DNA of 63,859 nucleotides, filler included, from Parasitella parasitica NRRL 2501 (lineage: Eukaryota; Fungi; Mucoromycota), in assembly GCA_025201805.1 (NCBI GenBank). It is 6 parts of 6 records of this genome, joined end to end, with 100 filler letters (N's around TTAATTAATTAA, not from the genome) between each part and the next. Parts side by side here need not be neighbours in the genome. Positions count along the whole stretch, not along the records: positions 33,215 to 63,859 come from MU619437.1; 5 more parts are not named here. One strand, 5' to 3'. A model generated the notes under the pieces. That model was not told the origin of the DNA and did not search any database. It was given only the letters and a program-made list of their open reading frames with translations. Below, in pieces: positions 48,860-63,859 of this stretch (positions are counted from its first letter, which is position 1; every line of letters starts with the position of its first letter). Both the position numbers and the translations under genes were made by a program.

Positions 48860-50774
48860 TAAAATCAATTGGAGTGAATATTTGCAGTCATTGCATAATC
48901 TAGTGAATACTACTCACACTGTCATCACTCACACATTTGCTTTTTCAAAATACATGTTCTTGAAAGAAGTTGGCCACAAACAGCAATTTCAACTTGAATG
49001 AATTTGTACGAAAAGAATTCTTTGTGGAAGTGTTCTTGTCTCTGATTGCCCAAAATGCTACCCTACAATCCCTGTAATCAAGTTATACAAGCTGTAGCCA
49101 AAAAAGGCATGCCCAACGTTGATATTTTGAATGAATCAAACCAAAAGTACAAACTTTCTTGTTGGCATATCCAGAAAATTACAAGTTTAAAATGGGCTCA
49201 ATCTTCTACGATGTAAAGGCTAATCCAGAAAACCACTTCAAAGCCTTCGTTTAGCTGAATTGTTTGAAGCGGTGCAGCTAAAGCAATTTTTCTGTTTCCC
49301 ATTAAGAACGACGTTTATTCCTTGCTACATGACGTTAGACAACAAGATTATCCACTACCATATTGTTCAAAGCAAGAAACCTTTGATGCCAAGAAGTCAA
49401 TTTGAGAACTGGGGATCTATAGTCAATCTTAAAACCAAGGCTTTTAAAAATCAAGGATCCTTAAGCTTCAAAGGTACTCTTGAAACTGATGGGGTTGGTG
49501 CCAGTATCATTAAACAGAATTGCGATACTTCCCGAAAAGGGCCGCCAGTCAAGAGTGATAAGAATGTAGCCGGTGATGAAACGAGATATATTGAAGATTT
49601 AACACAAGAAGAATTGAAGGGAACTAATGGAAAATGTGTGCTCATGGATCCAGGAAGAAGAGACTTGCTATACTGCATGAAAGAAACAAGCAAAACGAGC
49701 GACAAACAAACCCTAGTGTATTCTAACGCAACTCGAAGTAAATTATCAAGACACTTCAAAATGTTGCTGAAGAAAACCAAGCCAGAAGTTATCAAAGCTG
49801 CAGAAGCCACGCTATCGGAAACCAAATCTTCTTCTGTAAACGTAGACAACTATGTGGAATACATTAAAACAGGAGCCTCTGTCAACACCTTATTATCAGC
49901 GTATTATGGGAACGAAACCATAAAAACTGAAAAGATGTATTACCCGGATAAATGCTCTTTGTTGAACGTTAATGATAAGGGTGACCTGTACTTTGGGAAA
50001 CTATTGGTTGCAAGAATTCGCGGTTATTATCCTCAGCCTAAGATTACTCCTGGCAATCATACACGTCTCCAAATTTATGCGTCTTACATGCATATAATGC
50101 TTCAGCAACCACATATATCAGAACGTTTAAGCGATGCCGCTAAAACCGAAATTGTCAATCTTGCGTCGGAAATGCTGGGAAATTATCGAAACGACTTGAA
50201 ACAACGTGTACATGATGTTTTACAAAGTTTACAGTTATTGCCATTCAGAAAACTCAAGTTTTCAAGCAAATTATACTACAGCAAAAATGATGCGCAGTTG
50301 GTAAACAAGTTGAAAACGAAGTTTGGATCGAATTCAGTTCTGATAATTGGAAATTGGTCTGCACCAAACGTCAGATACCATGAACCAATTAGAAACGCTG
50401 GATTGATCAAGATACTGCAAAAGAACGGGTTTAAAGTTTATCTCCTTGGCGAATACAAAACATCTTCCCTCTGCCCAGGCTGTGGTGGCAAGCTCGATCA
50501 AAAGTTTAAAACAATCCGAAACCCTAGACCATATCAACGCCACAAAATGCTCACTGTAAAGTGTCATGGCCTAACAAGGTAAATCAAAAAATATATATAT
50601 GCTCACGTAACATTGGATCATGAAGACTAACCTTCTTCAAGATGTCGAAGCAGTATGTGTTCAAGCAATGAAAACCGACTATGGAATCGAGATCTTGCAG
50701 CTGTATTAAACTTCAGAAGGATTTTAATCTCCTTAAGGGAAACAGGCAGACGACCGACAGGTACGTACTTTTGA
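48860..50774 (+). pseudogene. Fanzor (eukaryotic TnpB-like RNA-guided nuclease), 5'-frameshifted, with one intron at 50579-50641
   Basis: FPLRTTFIPCYMTLD; TDGVG; RuvC-I MDPGRRD; IIGNWS then rearranged RuvC-II EYKTS; CPGC. After the GT..ACTAAC..AG intron: CRSSMC and RuvC-III WNRDLAAVLN...RP. Confidence 0.9.
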
Positions 50775-50819
50775 ATCCAAAACGAGAATAATCGATGAGC
50801 CAACAGATATTTTTTCTTA

Positions 50820-50912
50820 GGTTAGTGACATTTGTCTTTTGCCAAACGACATTCATTTTTTTACCAACGACATTTATTTTTTTAAAACTGACAAAATTAA
50901 TGAGTCCAACTG
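50820..50912 (-). mobile_element. Tc1/mariner-like right terminus downstream of the Fanzor
   Basis: ...AATGAGTCCAACTG|TA (TA-CAGTTGGAC on minus strand), with three GACATT subterminal repeats. Confidence 0.65.
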
Positions 50913-51767
50913 TAACTGAATAGCATACATTCGATAAACAGTTTGGCAGATTTAGCAGTTGCACCGTAATATCCTGTTCAATGGTACCATAAAAAAAAGC
51001 AACATTCATAGTTCTCATGAATGACTGGTACCTTTCCTCAACTACCCACATCAGTTTCTGCTCTTTTAAATGTCTATTTTATACACCATTTGTCATTTGA
51101 GAACGTAAGTACTTTAGTAGCATTCGAGTTGATGCACTCCAATCTTAGGATACACAGAACAAACATGTAATATTTCATTGTATAAAATAATACTTGGCAA
51201 GAAGCAGCTCTCTTCTAAGATTTGAAAGGTTTACAAAATTTTCGAAAATGTTTAGGATATTCCTGTGTCTCTATCAAAGCGATAATGCTGAAGCATTACA
51301 ACGGATTTTATGGGTATGAAAATCAATCAAATGTGTGCCTAATATGTCAATCCTACGCGTGTTTATTTTTTTCCAAAAGAAGTAGTATTTTTTTTTACTG
51401 CGGTCTTGCGTTTGGTACTCATCTTATTAAGCTTTTAGTTCCTTGGATTTCTTCAAGCGACTATATAGTAGTGACGATGTCGAGTGTGTATTATAAAAGC
51501 TGCCTGAAGCCTGAAATTTAGTAAAGTGATTGACGAATGCAATGAAGTACTCCAAATCACATGAAAACACCATCGCTGCAATTTTGATTCAGTACTCTCC
51601 ATTACGGGGATTGTGTTGCCTGTCAACAAATCTCAAATTTATCCGGAAAAAAAAAAAGTGACTATCACAATTTGTATTATTCATACAGTTTGAAACTATA
51701 AAGATGGCCTTAGATTTCGTCGTATTACAAACAAAGCCTTTTTCTTTCTTTTTTCGATTTATTAGCC

Positions 51768-56911
<5,144 letters not shown>

Positions 56912-57175
56912 TTAATGTTCCTGCTATTTTTTTTTATTTATTTAGACAATCTTTTCAATTAAATACATTTACAAATTCTAAAATTACAGTTCTTTGGAGC
57001 GCACTTTGCAAAACGTACTTCAAACAAAACGTATTTGCAAGTTGATTTGAAATTGAATATAACTGGAGATGATGTGCAGAGGTCTACATAAGTAAAAATG
57101 GATTTTTACACAGAAAAAGTAAAATAGTTTTCAGACAGTTAATGATTGTGTATAGACTTAATACCTGTAAAAACC

Positions 57176-58030
57176 TTAAACCCTGTTAGGGATACTCGTG
57201 TTTGCTACGGTGATTTCGCTTTTTTTTTGAGGTTTGAATATTGCTGGTCTTTCTTTTCCACACCAGATCGATTGAGATATGGCCATCATGCTTTGAGCTG
57301 CATTAACTTCTCTTTGCCGGACCTTGCGGCAGCTTTCGCAAAACAGAATACCAACACCTTTGAAACAGTGTGCCTTGACAGTTTTGATGTTTTCGGACAA
57401 ACAGAGGCTGCATATTTCGAGATGTTTTATTCTATGGCTGTTTGCTAGCTGACAGATACTGTACCAAAAGTTTCGTGTATAGACACCAGAAGGGGATGGT
57501 CTGCCTGTGGCATATAAAATGAAAAGCTTTGCCCTGAAGATAATCTGTCTGAAATATGCGCAAGCAGTTACAATGATGTTTTTTATTTGATAAAACTGTC
57601 AAACGGGATCGTCCTCGTGAAAGTCCTGTAATTTCCACTGTTATAGATCAGTATAAACTGATCATCACATAAAAAGAATCTCCGTAAATAGTATGAATAT
57701 GAACTTCAAATTACCCCAGAATATTCCACAAAGATCACAATCATCAAGACCAGGCTAGCATGGGTTAAGAAGACGTAATCCAATATCAAGAACAAATAGA
57801 AACAACTCCAATACTCGTCAAATCCGCCTTTGGTTATCTCTTTATCAATCCTTGCTGCCAACACGTCCTGGATGAAAAACCCAATACAATTTAGGTTCAT
57901 ATCCATAATCATTTACCCTTGGAAAACTAGTATAAAAAGATAGTTTTTAAATGACATTTTGATGAGCTTCATCTAAAAATAAATAACAGTTTTAAAAAGT
58001 ATTTTTTATATATTTTTACTAGTAATTTCA
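57176..58030 (-). pseudogene. Highly decayed Fanzor remnant of a second family
   Basis: ICSLC...GILFCESCRKVRQREVNAAQSMMAISQSIWCGKERPAIF matches the Zn-finger/RuvC-III/RP tail layout. Upstream YWVFHPG resembles RuvC-I. Confidence 0.65.
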
Positions 58031-58221
58031 CAGCCCCTTGATGTTGCTACAAGGTCTATGGCATGTTATTGATATAACATATCTGGCCAGTAGATGATCT
58101 GGAGCTTTATACACCTGTCAATTTGATAACAAAACCTATAACTTTAGCAATTTGATAATTATTGATTTTTTATCTAATTTTCTTCCGTATATCCATTTAA
58201 CAATTTTCGCCGATTCCACTT

Positions 58222-58294
58222 TGATTTATCAGAAAAGTTCAAATAGAAATTAATCAGGTAAAGATCCGTTTATTACATTCAAAAATAGAGGGTT
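58222..58294 (-). repeat. Diverged LTR family A fragment
   Basis: Minus strand ATGTAATAAACGGATCTTTACCTGATTAATT...TTCTGATAAATCA matches about 3623-3696. Confidence 0.7.
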
Positions 58295-58493
58295 TGTTGG
58301 ATCAAAAAGATAATAAAAAAACCAAAGGTTAACGAGATACGAAAACTAAAGATACTTTATTTAAGATCGAAATTGCATCTACTATTTATACTTTTTACAA
58401 CTACATAAATTTATGGTGACTTATTTAGATTACTAATTGACAAGACTAATTCACAGTGACAATCTACTTGACAGGGTACGATATGAGGTTATA
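58295..58493 (-). mobile_element. LTR family B fragment nested in LTR A
   Basis: Homologous to about 29460-29743; terminus ...GATCCAACA. Confidence 0.7.
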
Positions 58494-59340
58494 NNNNNNN
58501 NNNNNNNNNNNNNNNNNNNNNNNNNNNNNNNNNNNNNNNNNNNNNNNNNNNNNNNNNNNNNNNNNNNNNNNNNNNNNNNNNNNNNNNNNNNNNNNNNNNN
58601 NNNNNNNNNNNNNNNNNNNNNNNNNNNNNNNNNNNNNNNNNNNNNNNNNNNNNNNNNNNNNNNNNNNNNNNNNNNNNNNNNNNNNNNNNNNNNNNNNNNN
58701 NNNNNNNNNNNNNNNNNNNNNNNNNNNNNNNNNNNNNNNNNNNNNNNNNNNNNNNNNNNNNNNNNNNNNNNNNNNNNNNNNNNNNNNNNNNNNNNNNNNN
58801 NNNNNNNNNNNNNNNNNNNNNNNNNNNNNNNNNNNNNNNNNNNNNNNNNNNNNNNNNNNNNNNNNNNNNNNNNNNNNNNNNNNNNNNNNNNNNNNNNNNN
58901 NNNNNNNNNNNNNNNNNNNNNNNNNNNNNNNNNNNNNNNNNNNNNNNNNNNNNNNNNNNNNNNNNNNNNNNNNNNNNNNNNNNNNNNNNNNNNNNNNNNN
59001 NNNNNNNNNNNNNNNNNNNNNNNNNNNNNNNNNNNNNNNNNNNNNNNNNNNNNNNNNNNNNNNNNNNNNNNNNNNNNNNNNNNNNNNNNNNNNNNNNNNN
59101 NNNNNNNNNNNNNNNNNNNNNNNNNNNNNNNNNNNNNNNNNNNNNNNNNNNNNNNNNNNNNNNNNNNNNNNNNNNNNNNNNNNNNNNNNNNNNNNNNNNN
59201 NNNNNNNNNNNNNNNNNNNNNNNNNNNNNNNNNNNNNNNNNNNNNNNNNNNNNNNNNNNNNNNNNNNNNNNNNNNNNNNNNNNNNNNNNNNNNNNNNNNN
59301 NNNNNNNNNNNNNNNNNNNNNNNNNNNNNNNNNNNNNNNN

Positions 59341-59704
59341 TGATGTGAATTACTGGCAGTCTTTCACACATCATATTGAATTAGTAAAGCAGATCTTAGT
59401 TCTTGACTAAGATCCTGAGAATAAAGCATTAATAATAAGAAGTATACCATTAATATTATACATTTAAAGACGATTGTACAACTTGTACTCCACATTAATC
59501 AAACACTGCTTACTGCTCTCCCATGAAGCTTAAATTAATCAAGATCAAGTTATTACATTAGTAACTTGAATTCACTATATTTTACTTTACTATAAATAAG
59601 ATGAAGTTCAAGGAGCTAACCAGAACTTCACTTACATTTTAACTTTAATAAACCAAGAAGAGTTATAATTGTATTTTTCTAAGCTTTTTTTAATTTTTAT
59701 AGCA
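59341..59704 (+). mobile_element. Probable 5' LTR of a second Ty3/gypsy element
   Basis: TG...TAGCA, TATAAATA 59591, AATAAA 59647, directly upstream of the Gag ATG. The partner LTR is outside the window, so boundaries are inferred. Confidence 0.65.
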
Positions 59705-59754
59705 TTTTTTACAATTAAACTACGTTATTTGGTTCTACTACTGGTAATATACAA

Positions 59755-62700
59755 ATGTCATCTCCTGAATCTGATCTCTCTTTGTTTGATGGCTCCTCTC
59801 CTACTGGTTCTGAAAAAACTAACGCTACTCCTAACCAATCTCACCATGAGGCACCTCAAACTCTGGATCAAATGAACATTACTGAAACTCAAGCTGATTT
59901 AGTTGCAACCGTTGAAGAGGACGTCAATATGACAGATGCTGAACCTACTGACGCCACATTACCTCTTGTAACTGGCACTACTTCGTCCCCTGTGAAAAGT
60001 AACAACAATCTCATTGACACCTTAAAGAAAATGGTCTATCGTCGCGATCAGTACTTGAACTTACTTTCTGATATGATCAATACGGATTCCAATGATCCTC
60101 AAGACATCAAGCATCTAGGCGAAATCAGGGACAAGGTGGATGATCTAAACAAAGGAATTCATGTCATGCGTAACTCGGTGCGTCTCTCGAAGGAAAAGGT
60201 GGTTAGTGAATCGGCTAAAGCGTTCTGCAAGGTACCTCTTGGGGGTGGAATTCGCTTAAACCGAAATGACCTGCCAAAGTTTCAACTCAAGACTAGTGTC
60301 AACAAGTACTTTCCTAAGGAAGACAACTTTGAATCGGTGAATCACTTCCTACGATCTTTTGAGAAGGTCGTATCCTCTAGTGGTGAAGAAATTGAACTAG
60401 TCTGGAAACGTTATATTCCACTTACTTTGCACTATGATCTGGATGGTTGGTTGAATAATGAGCTGCTACTTTGTAATTCCTGGGCTGATGTTGGTGCACT
60501 CTTCAATAAGAAATTTGGAAACAACGCTGTAATGAAACTTCAGTCAAGAAGACAAGTGTTTAATGCTACGATGAAAGTCGGTGAAACTACAGAAGATTAT
60601 ACGACTCGCTTCAACAAGGCAGTTGCTGAAGCCGGCTATGCTGAGGACAATGTCACTATTGGTGATGCATTCTTGATGGGGTTTCCAAGGGCTTGGCAAA
60701 CACAAATCAATACGTTGTTGCATTGCACGTATGTTGATCGGGATCATTGGAGTATCGAAGAAATTCACACCGCTGCTATCAACATCTTCGGTAACCAGAT
60801 GGCTACTATTTCATTTATAAACGCCAAAACTCGTCTCCCCAGTTCTGAAGGTGAAAATACTCCTGGTTCGTCAAAAAGGTTCAAAACAACTGAAAATAAA
60901 AGTTTCTACTGCTCCAACCATGGTGGTTCTGCTGCTCGACATAATGAAAAGGATTGCTCTCTTAACAATAAAGGATCCGCCAGTGTAAATCCTACTACTT
61001 CCTCATCATCTGCATCCTCATCTTATCAGCAACCAAAGTCAAAATTTCTGGGCAATAAGAATACACCTCGTGCTGCCACTGGTAACACCTTCTGTACTTG
61101 GTGTGGAAAGCTTTGGTCATATGGACATACTTGCCCTGAATATCATGAAAAAAATAATGGAAAAAACGTCCGCGTTCTTACCGTGCGAAGCACTACAAAA
61201 ACTAGAAACAGTAAAAAGGATAACAAGGGAAAAATGAAATCTGACGATGAAAATGAAAAAACGTTTCGTGAGAATATGGAAGACTCATATTGTGAGTATA
61301 CAAACAAACAAAAGGTTGACAACCATTTTAAACTAATCACTCCCTTACTTTTAAACAATGTTAGAGTTCTTGGAAAAGTTGATCCTGGTGCTGACATTTC
61401 ATTTATTAATAAATCAATTCTTAATAAAGATTTCAAAAACATAAAGAACATAAAAACCATGGGTTATTTAAACTTTCTTTCGATAAACGATGATGGAACT
61501 AATAGTCGCACCCAAAGAGTGGGACAAACCGAACCTATGGAAGTAGTTTACTTGAATGGAATTACTTTTAAACACAAATTTGAAATTGTTGAGTTTAATG
61601 ACATTATGAAAACTGACTTTGATGTATTACTTGGATCTGACATCTTACCTAAACTAAAAATTTATCTCAGTGGTGTTGCTCATACATGGCCTAATGATCC
61701 TGCTAAAGAAATATCTCAGTTCGAAAATATCAACTATGATATGAAAAATGAGTATGATCCGGAAAATGCTGACTATGGCACACCTAAAGAACGGAATGAA
61801 TTGATGAAATTGATTCAAAGCTCTCTTGATAAAAACATTGGTATAAAACCTGATGCTGTTTGCTCTATGAAAGAGAGCATTGTTCAAATTCCAATTGATG
61901 ATCCTTCTGATTGCTTTGTCAGACAATATCCACTTCCTGTTAATGCACATGAGGAGATAAAAACCCAATTAAAAGAATGGTTGAAAAATGGGATTGTAGA
62001 AAGAACTCAGCCCTCGTCTTTATATCATTCACCACTTCTATGTGTGCCTAAGAAAGATTTACATGGTAAACCCACGAAACTACGTATTTGTTGTGATCTT
62101 CGAAAAATCAATGCTGCCATATCAAAAAATTACCATGAAAACTATGCCGTACCTAAGATCAATGAGATTTTTGATCGAGTTTCAGCGAATGCTCGTATTA
62201 TATCTAAAATTGACTTAAGTCAGGCATACATGTCGTATTCTGTCCACTCAAGTTCAAGGGAATCCTTAACATTTAGTTATGATGGATCTTTCTACCGTTG
62301 GTCTAGAGCACCGTATGGATTAAAATTCATGACATCATTGTTTGTAAAATGCATGGCTATTTTGCTAAATGATATACATCTTGAATTAAAAGAAGAGATG
62401 CAAAGAGATGCTGGTCATCTTGAATTCAAGAAAATAAAAAAGATGCAGGAGGTAAAAACTACCGGCAATAATGATGATACATTTTATGGTGGTTTAGAAA
62501 GCTATGTGGACGATTTAGTCCTATATAGCAGAGACGTTAAATCTCATGTAAAATTGATCAATCTAGTCATTAATCGATTGACATCTGTTAATCTTCGTAT
62601 AAACGTGGACAAATGCACTTGGTTCAAAACTTCTGTATACTTGTTAGGATTTGTTGTTGGTCCTGGTATAACGAAAATCGATATGAGACGTTTGTCGAAT

Positions 62701-63859
62701 ATTGACAGTTGGCCCATCCCAAAAACAGCCAAACAAGTTAAAAGCATTATGGGAATTGTATCTCATCTGCGAAATTACTGCCCAATGCTTTCCAAGGTTG
62801 CTGCTCCTATTGACCAATTGAGAAATGATAAAGATGTAAAAACCAATTGGTCTCAACTTCACACAGATAGATTAAATACTATCAAGCAAATATTATTATC
62901 AAACCAAATACTTCATGCTCCTGTATTAAGAGATAAATTTTATCTACAGGTTGATGCTAGTCTTTACGGAATAGCAGCATGCTTGTATCAAAAGGACGAC
63001 CTAGAACGTATTAAACACATTGGATTTGTGAGCAAATCACTTAATCAGGCTGAAAGGAACTGGTCCACAAACCGTCGTGAAACTGTTGCAATTGTATTTG
63101 GCTTGCAAAAGTTCAGGTCGTTACTGTGGGGTCATCCGAACCTTGAAATTTTAACTGACCATATAGCATTAACCTATATGTTCACATCCACGAATTTAAA
63201 CAGTACATTGCAAAATTATCTGGAAATCCTAAGTGAATACAACTTCACAATTTCCCATGTAAAAGGAATAGATAACGTGCTTAGTGATGCATTGTCTCGA
63301 CTATATCCACCAATTGAGGAAGATCAAATTCTGGAAGAAGAAAACCAAAAACAAATCAAAAAACTTCAACGTTTTATACTCATGAAAAGAGCAAACAGTG
63401 ATGCTAAGATCGTTAGGGAAACAAAAATATACTCTCAAGATGAAAACCTCAATGTTCTAGCTATAAAACTTAGCGACAAAGAATTTAAATCGTCTGTCAC
63501 TGATTATGTATGTCCACCAGAAAGGGACAGATCTCAGATCATAAAAGATGCTCACGAAATTGGACATTTTGGTATTGAAAGTTGTGTTAAGCATATTCAC
63601 ACATATTACGGCTTACATTGGAACTCCATCTATAAAGATGTTAAAGAGTCTCTATTGTCTTGTCGTGAGTGTGCTTTGCACAACACTGCAAAAAAAGGTT
63701 TCAACCCTGCTCGTAGCGTCGTAAGTTTTGAAAGTATGGACTTCGTTGCAGTAGACTTGATCGGACCACTCCCTGTAACTGATAAAGGCAACATATTTAT
63801 TTTGGTCATGGTTGATCTCTGCACTCGTTATGTTATTACCCGTGCCATTCCAAATAAAT
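59755..63859 (+). CDS. Ty3/gypsy Gag-Pol polyprotein, uninterrupted ORF running off the window (absent from the ORF track)
   Basis: Hand translation from ATG 59755: MSSPESD...CTWCGKLWSYGHTC, protease VDPGADIS, RT CDLRKIN/IDLSQAY/PYG/YVDD, RNase H QVDAS/TDH/DALSR, integrase HEIGH..CREC..VDLIGPLP. Confidence 0.93.
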   Translation, partial: MSSPESDLSLFDGSSPTGSEKTNATPNQSHHEAPQTLDQMNITETQADLVATVEEDVNMTDAEPTDATLPLVTGTTSSPVKSNNNLIDTLKKMVYRRDQYLNLLSDMINTDSNDPQDIKHLGEIRDKVDDLNKGIHVMRNSVRLSKEKVVSESAKAFCKVPLGGGIRLNRNDLPKFQLKTSVNKYFPKEDNFESVNHFLRSFEKVVSSSGEEIELVWKRYIPLTLHYDLDGWLNNELLLCNSWADVGALFNKKFGNNAVMKLQSRRQVFNATMKVGETTEDYTTRFNKAVAEAGYAEDNVTIGDAFLMGFPRAWQTQINTLLHCTYVDRDHWSIEEIHTAAINIFGNQMATISFINAKTRLPSSEGENTPGSSKRFKTTENKSFYCSNHGGSAARHNEKDCSLNNKGSASVNPTTSSSSASSSYQQPKSKFLGNKNTPRAATGNTFCTWCGKLWSYGHTCPEYHEKNNGKNVRVLTVRSTTKTRNSKKDNKGKMKSDDENEKTFRENMEDSYCEYTNKQKVDNHFKLITPLLLNNVRVLGKVDPGADISFINKSILNKDFKNIKNIKTMGYLNFLSINDDGTNSRTQRVGQTEPMEVVYLNGITFKHKFEIVEFNDIMKTDFDVLLGSDILPKLKIYLSGVAHTWPNDPAKEISQFENINYDMKNEYDPENADYGTPKERNELMKLIQSSLDKNIGIKPDAVCSMKESIVQIPIDDPSDCFVRQYPLPVNAHEEIKTQLKEWLKNGIVERTQPSSLYHSPLLCVPKKDLHGKPTKLRICCDLRKINAAISKNYHENYAVPKINEIFDRVSANARIISKIDLSQAYMSYSVHSSSRESLTFSYDGSFYRWSRAPYGLKFMTSLFVKCMAILLNDIHLELKEEMQRDAGHLEFKKIKKMQEVKTTGNNDDTFYGGLESYVDDLVLYSRDVKSHVKLINLVINRLTSVNLRINVDKCTWFKTSVYLLGFVVGPGITKIDMRRLSNIDSWPIPKTAKQVKSIMGIVSHLRNYCPMLSKVAAPIDQLRNDKDVKTNWSQLHTDRLNTIKQILLSNQILHAPVLRDKFYLQVDASLYGIAACLYQKDDLERIKHIGFVSKSLNQAERNWSTNRRETVAIVFGLQKFRSLLWGHPNLEILTDHIALTYMFTSTNLNSTLQNYLEILSEYNFTISHVKGIDNVLSDALSRLYPPIEEDQILEEENQKQIKKLQRFILMKRANSDAKIVRETKIYSQDENLNVLAIKLSDKEFKSSVTDYVCPPERDRSQIIKDAHEIGHFGIESCVKHIHTYYGLHWNSIYKDVKESLLSCRECALHNTAKKGFNPARSVVSFESMDFVAVDLIGPLPVTDKGNIFILVMVDLCTRYVITRAIPNK

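Noticed and set aside
58437-59374. About 300-aa ORFs in the ORF track
   Set aside because: Translations of an N gap.

Overview
Eukaryotic, intron-rich, AT-rich fungal DNA. Gene and TE families resemble Mucoromycota/Mucorales (inference, not a database result). The window joins several contigs through 100-nt N/TTAATTAATTAA/N linkers, so adjacency across linkers is unreliable. Host genes: COG0523/CobW GTPase, glycogen synthase, Nab2-like CCCH protein, ACS-family MFS transporter, a Ser/Thr-rich single-pass membrane protein, Ste11 MAPKKK, Vps45, a GT49 glycosyltransferase, CCDC124/Lso2, a Ycf1-like ABCC transporter, two identical intron-containing tRNA-Tyr genes and one tRNA-His. Mobile DNA: two LINE fragments, two Tc1/mariner elements, CACTA-like ends, two solo-LTR families, a complete Ty3/gypsy element 12 bp upstream of a tRNA gene, a second Ty3/gypsy element running off the right edge, and two decayed Fanzor (eukaryotic TnpB) loci. 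Best leads: (1) the second gypsy element has no tRNA primer site, and its PBS position is complementary to its own predicted polyadenylated 3' end, suggesting poly(A)-junction self-priming; (2) a spliced Fanzor next to a Tc1/mariner-like end; (3) a tRNA-adjacent gypsy element whose Gag-Pol ORF reads into its 3' LTR to encode a bipartite NLS-like tail.
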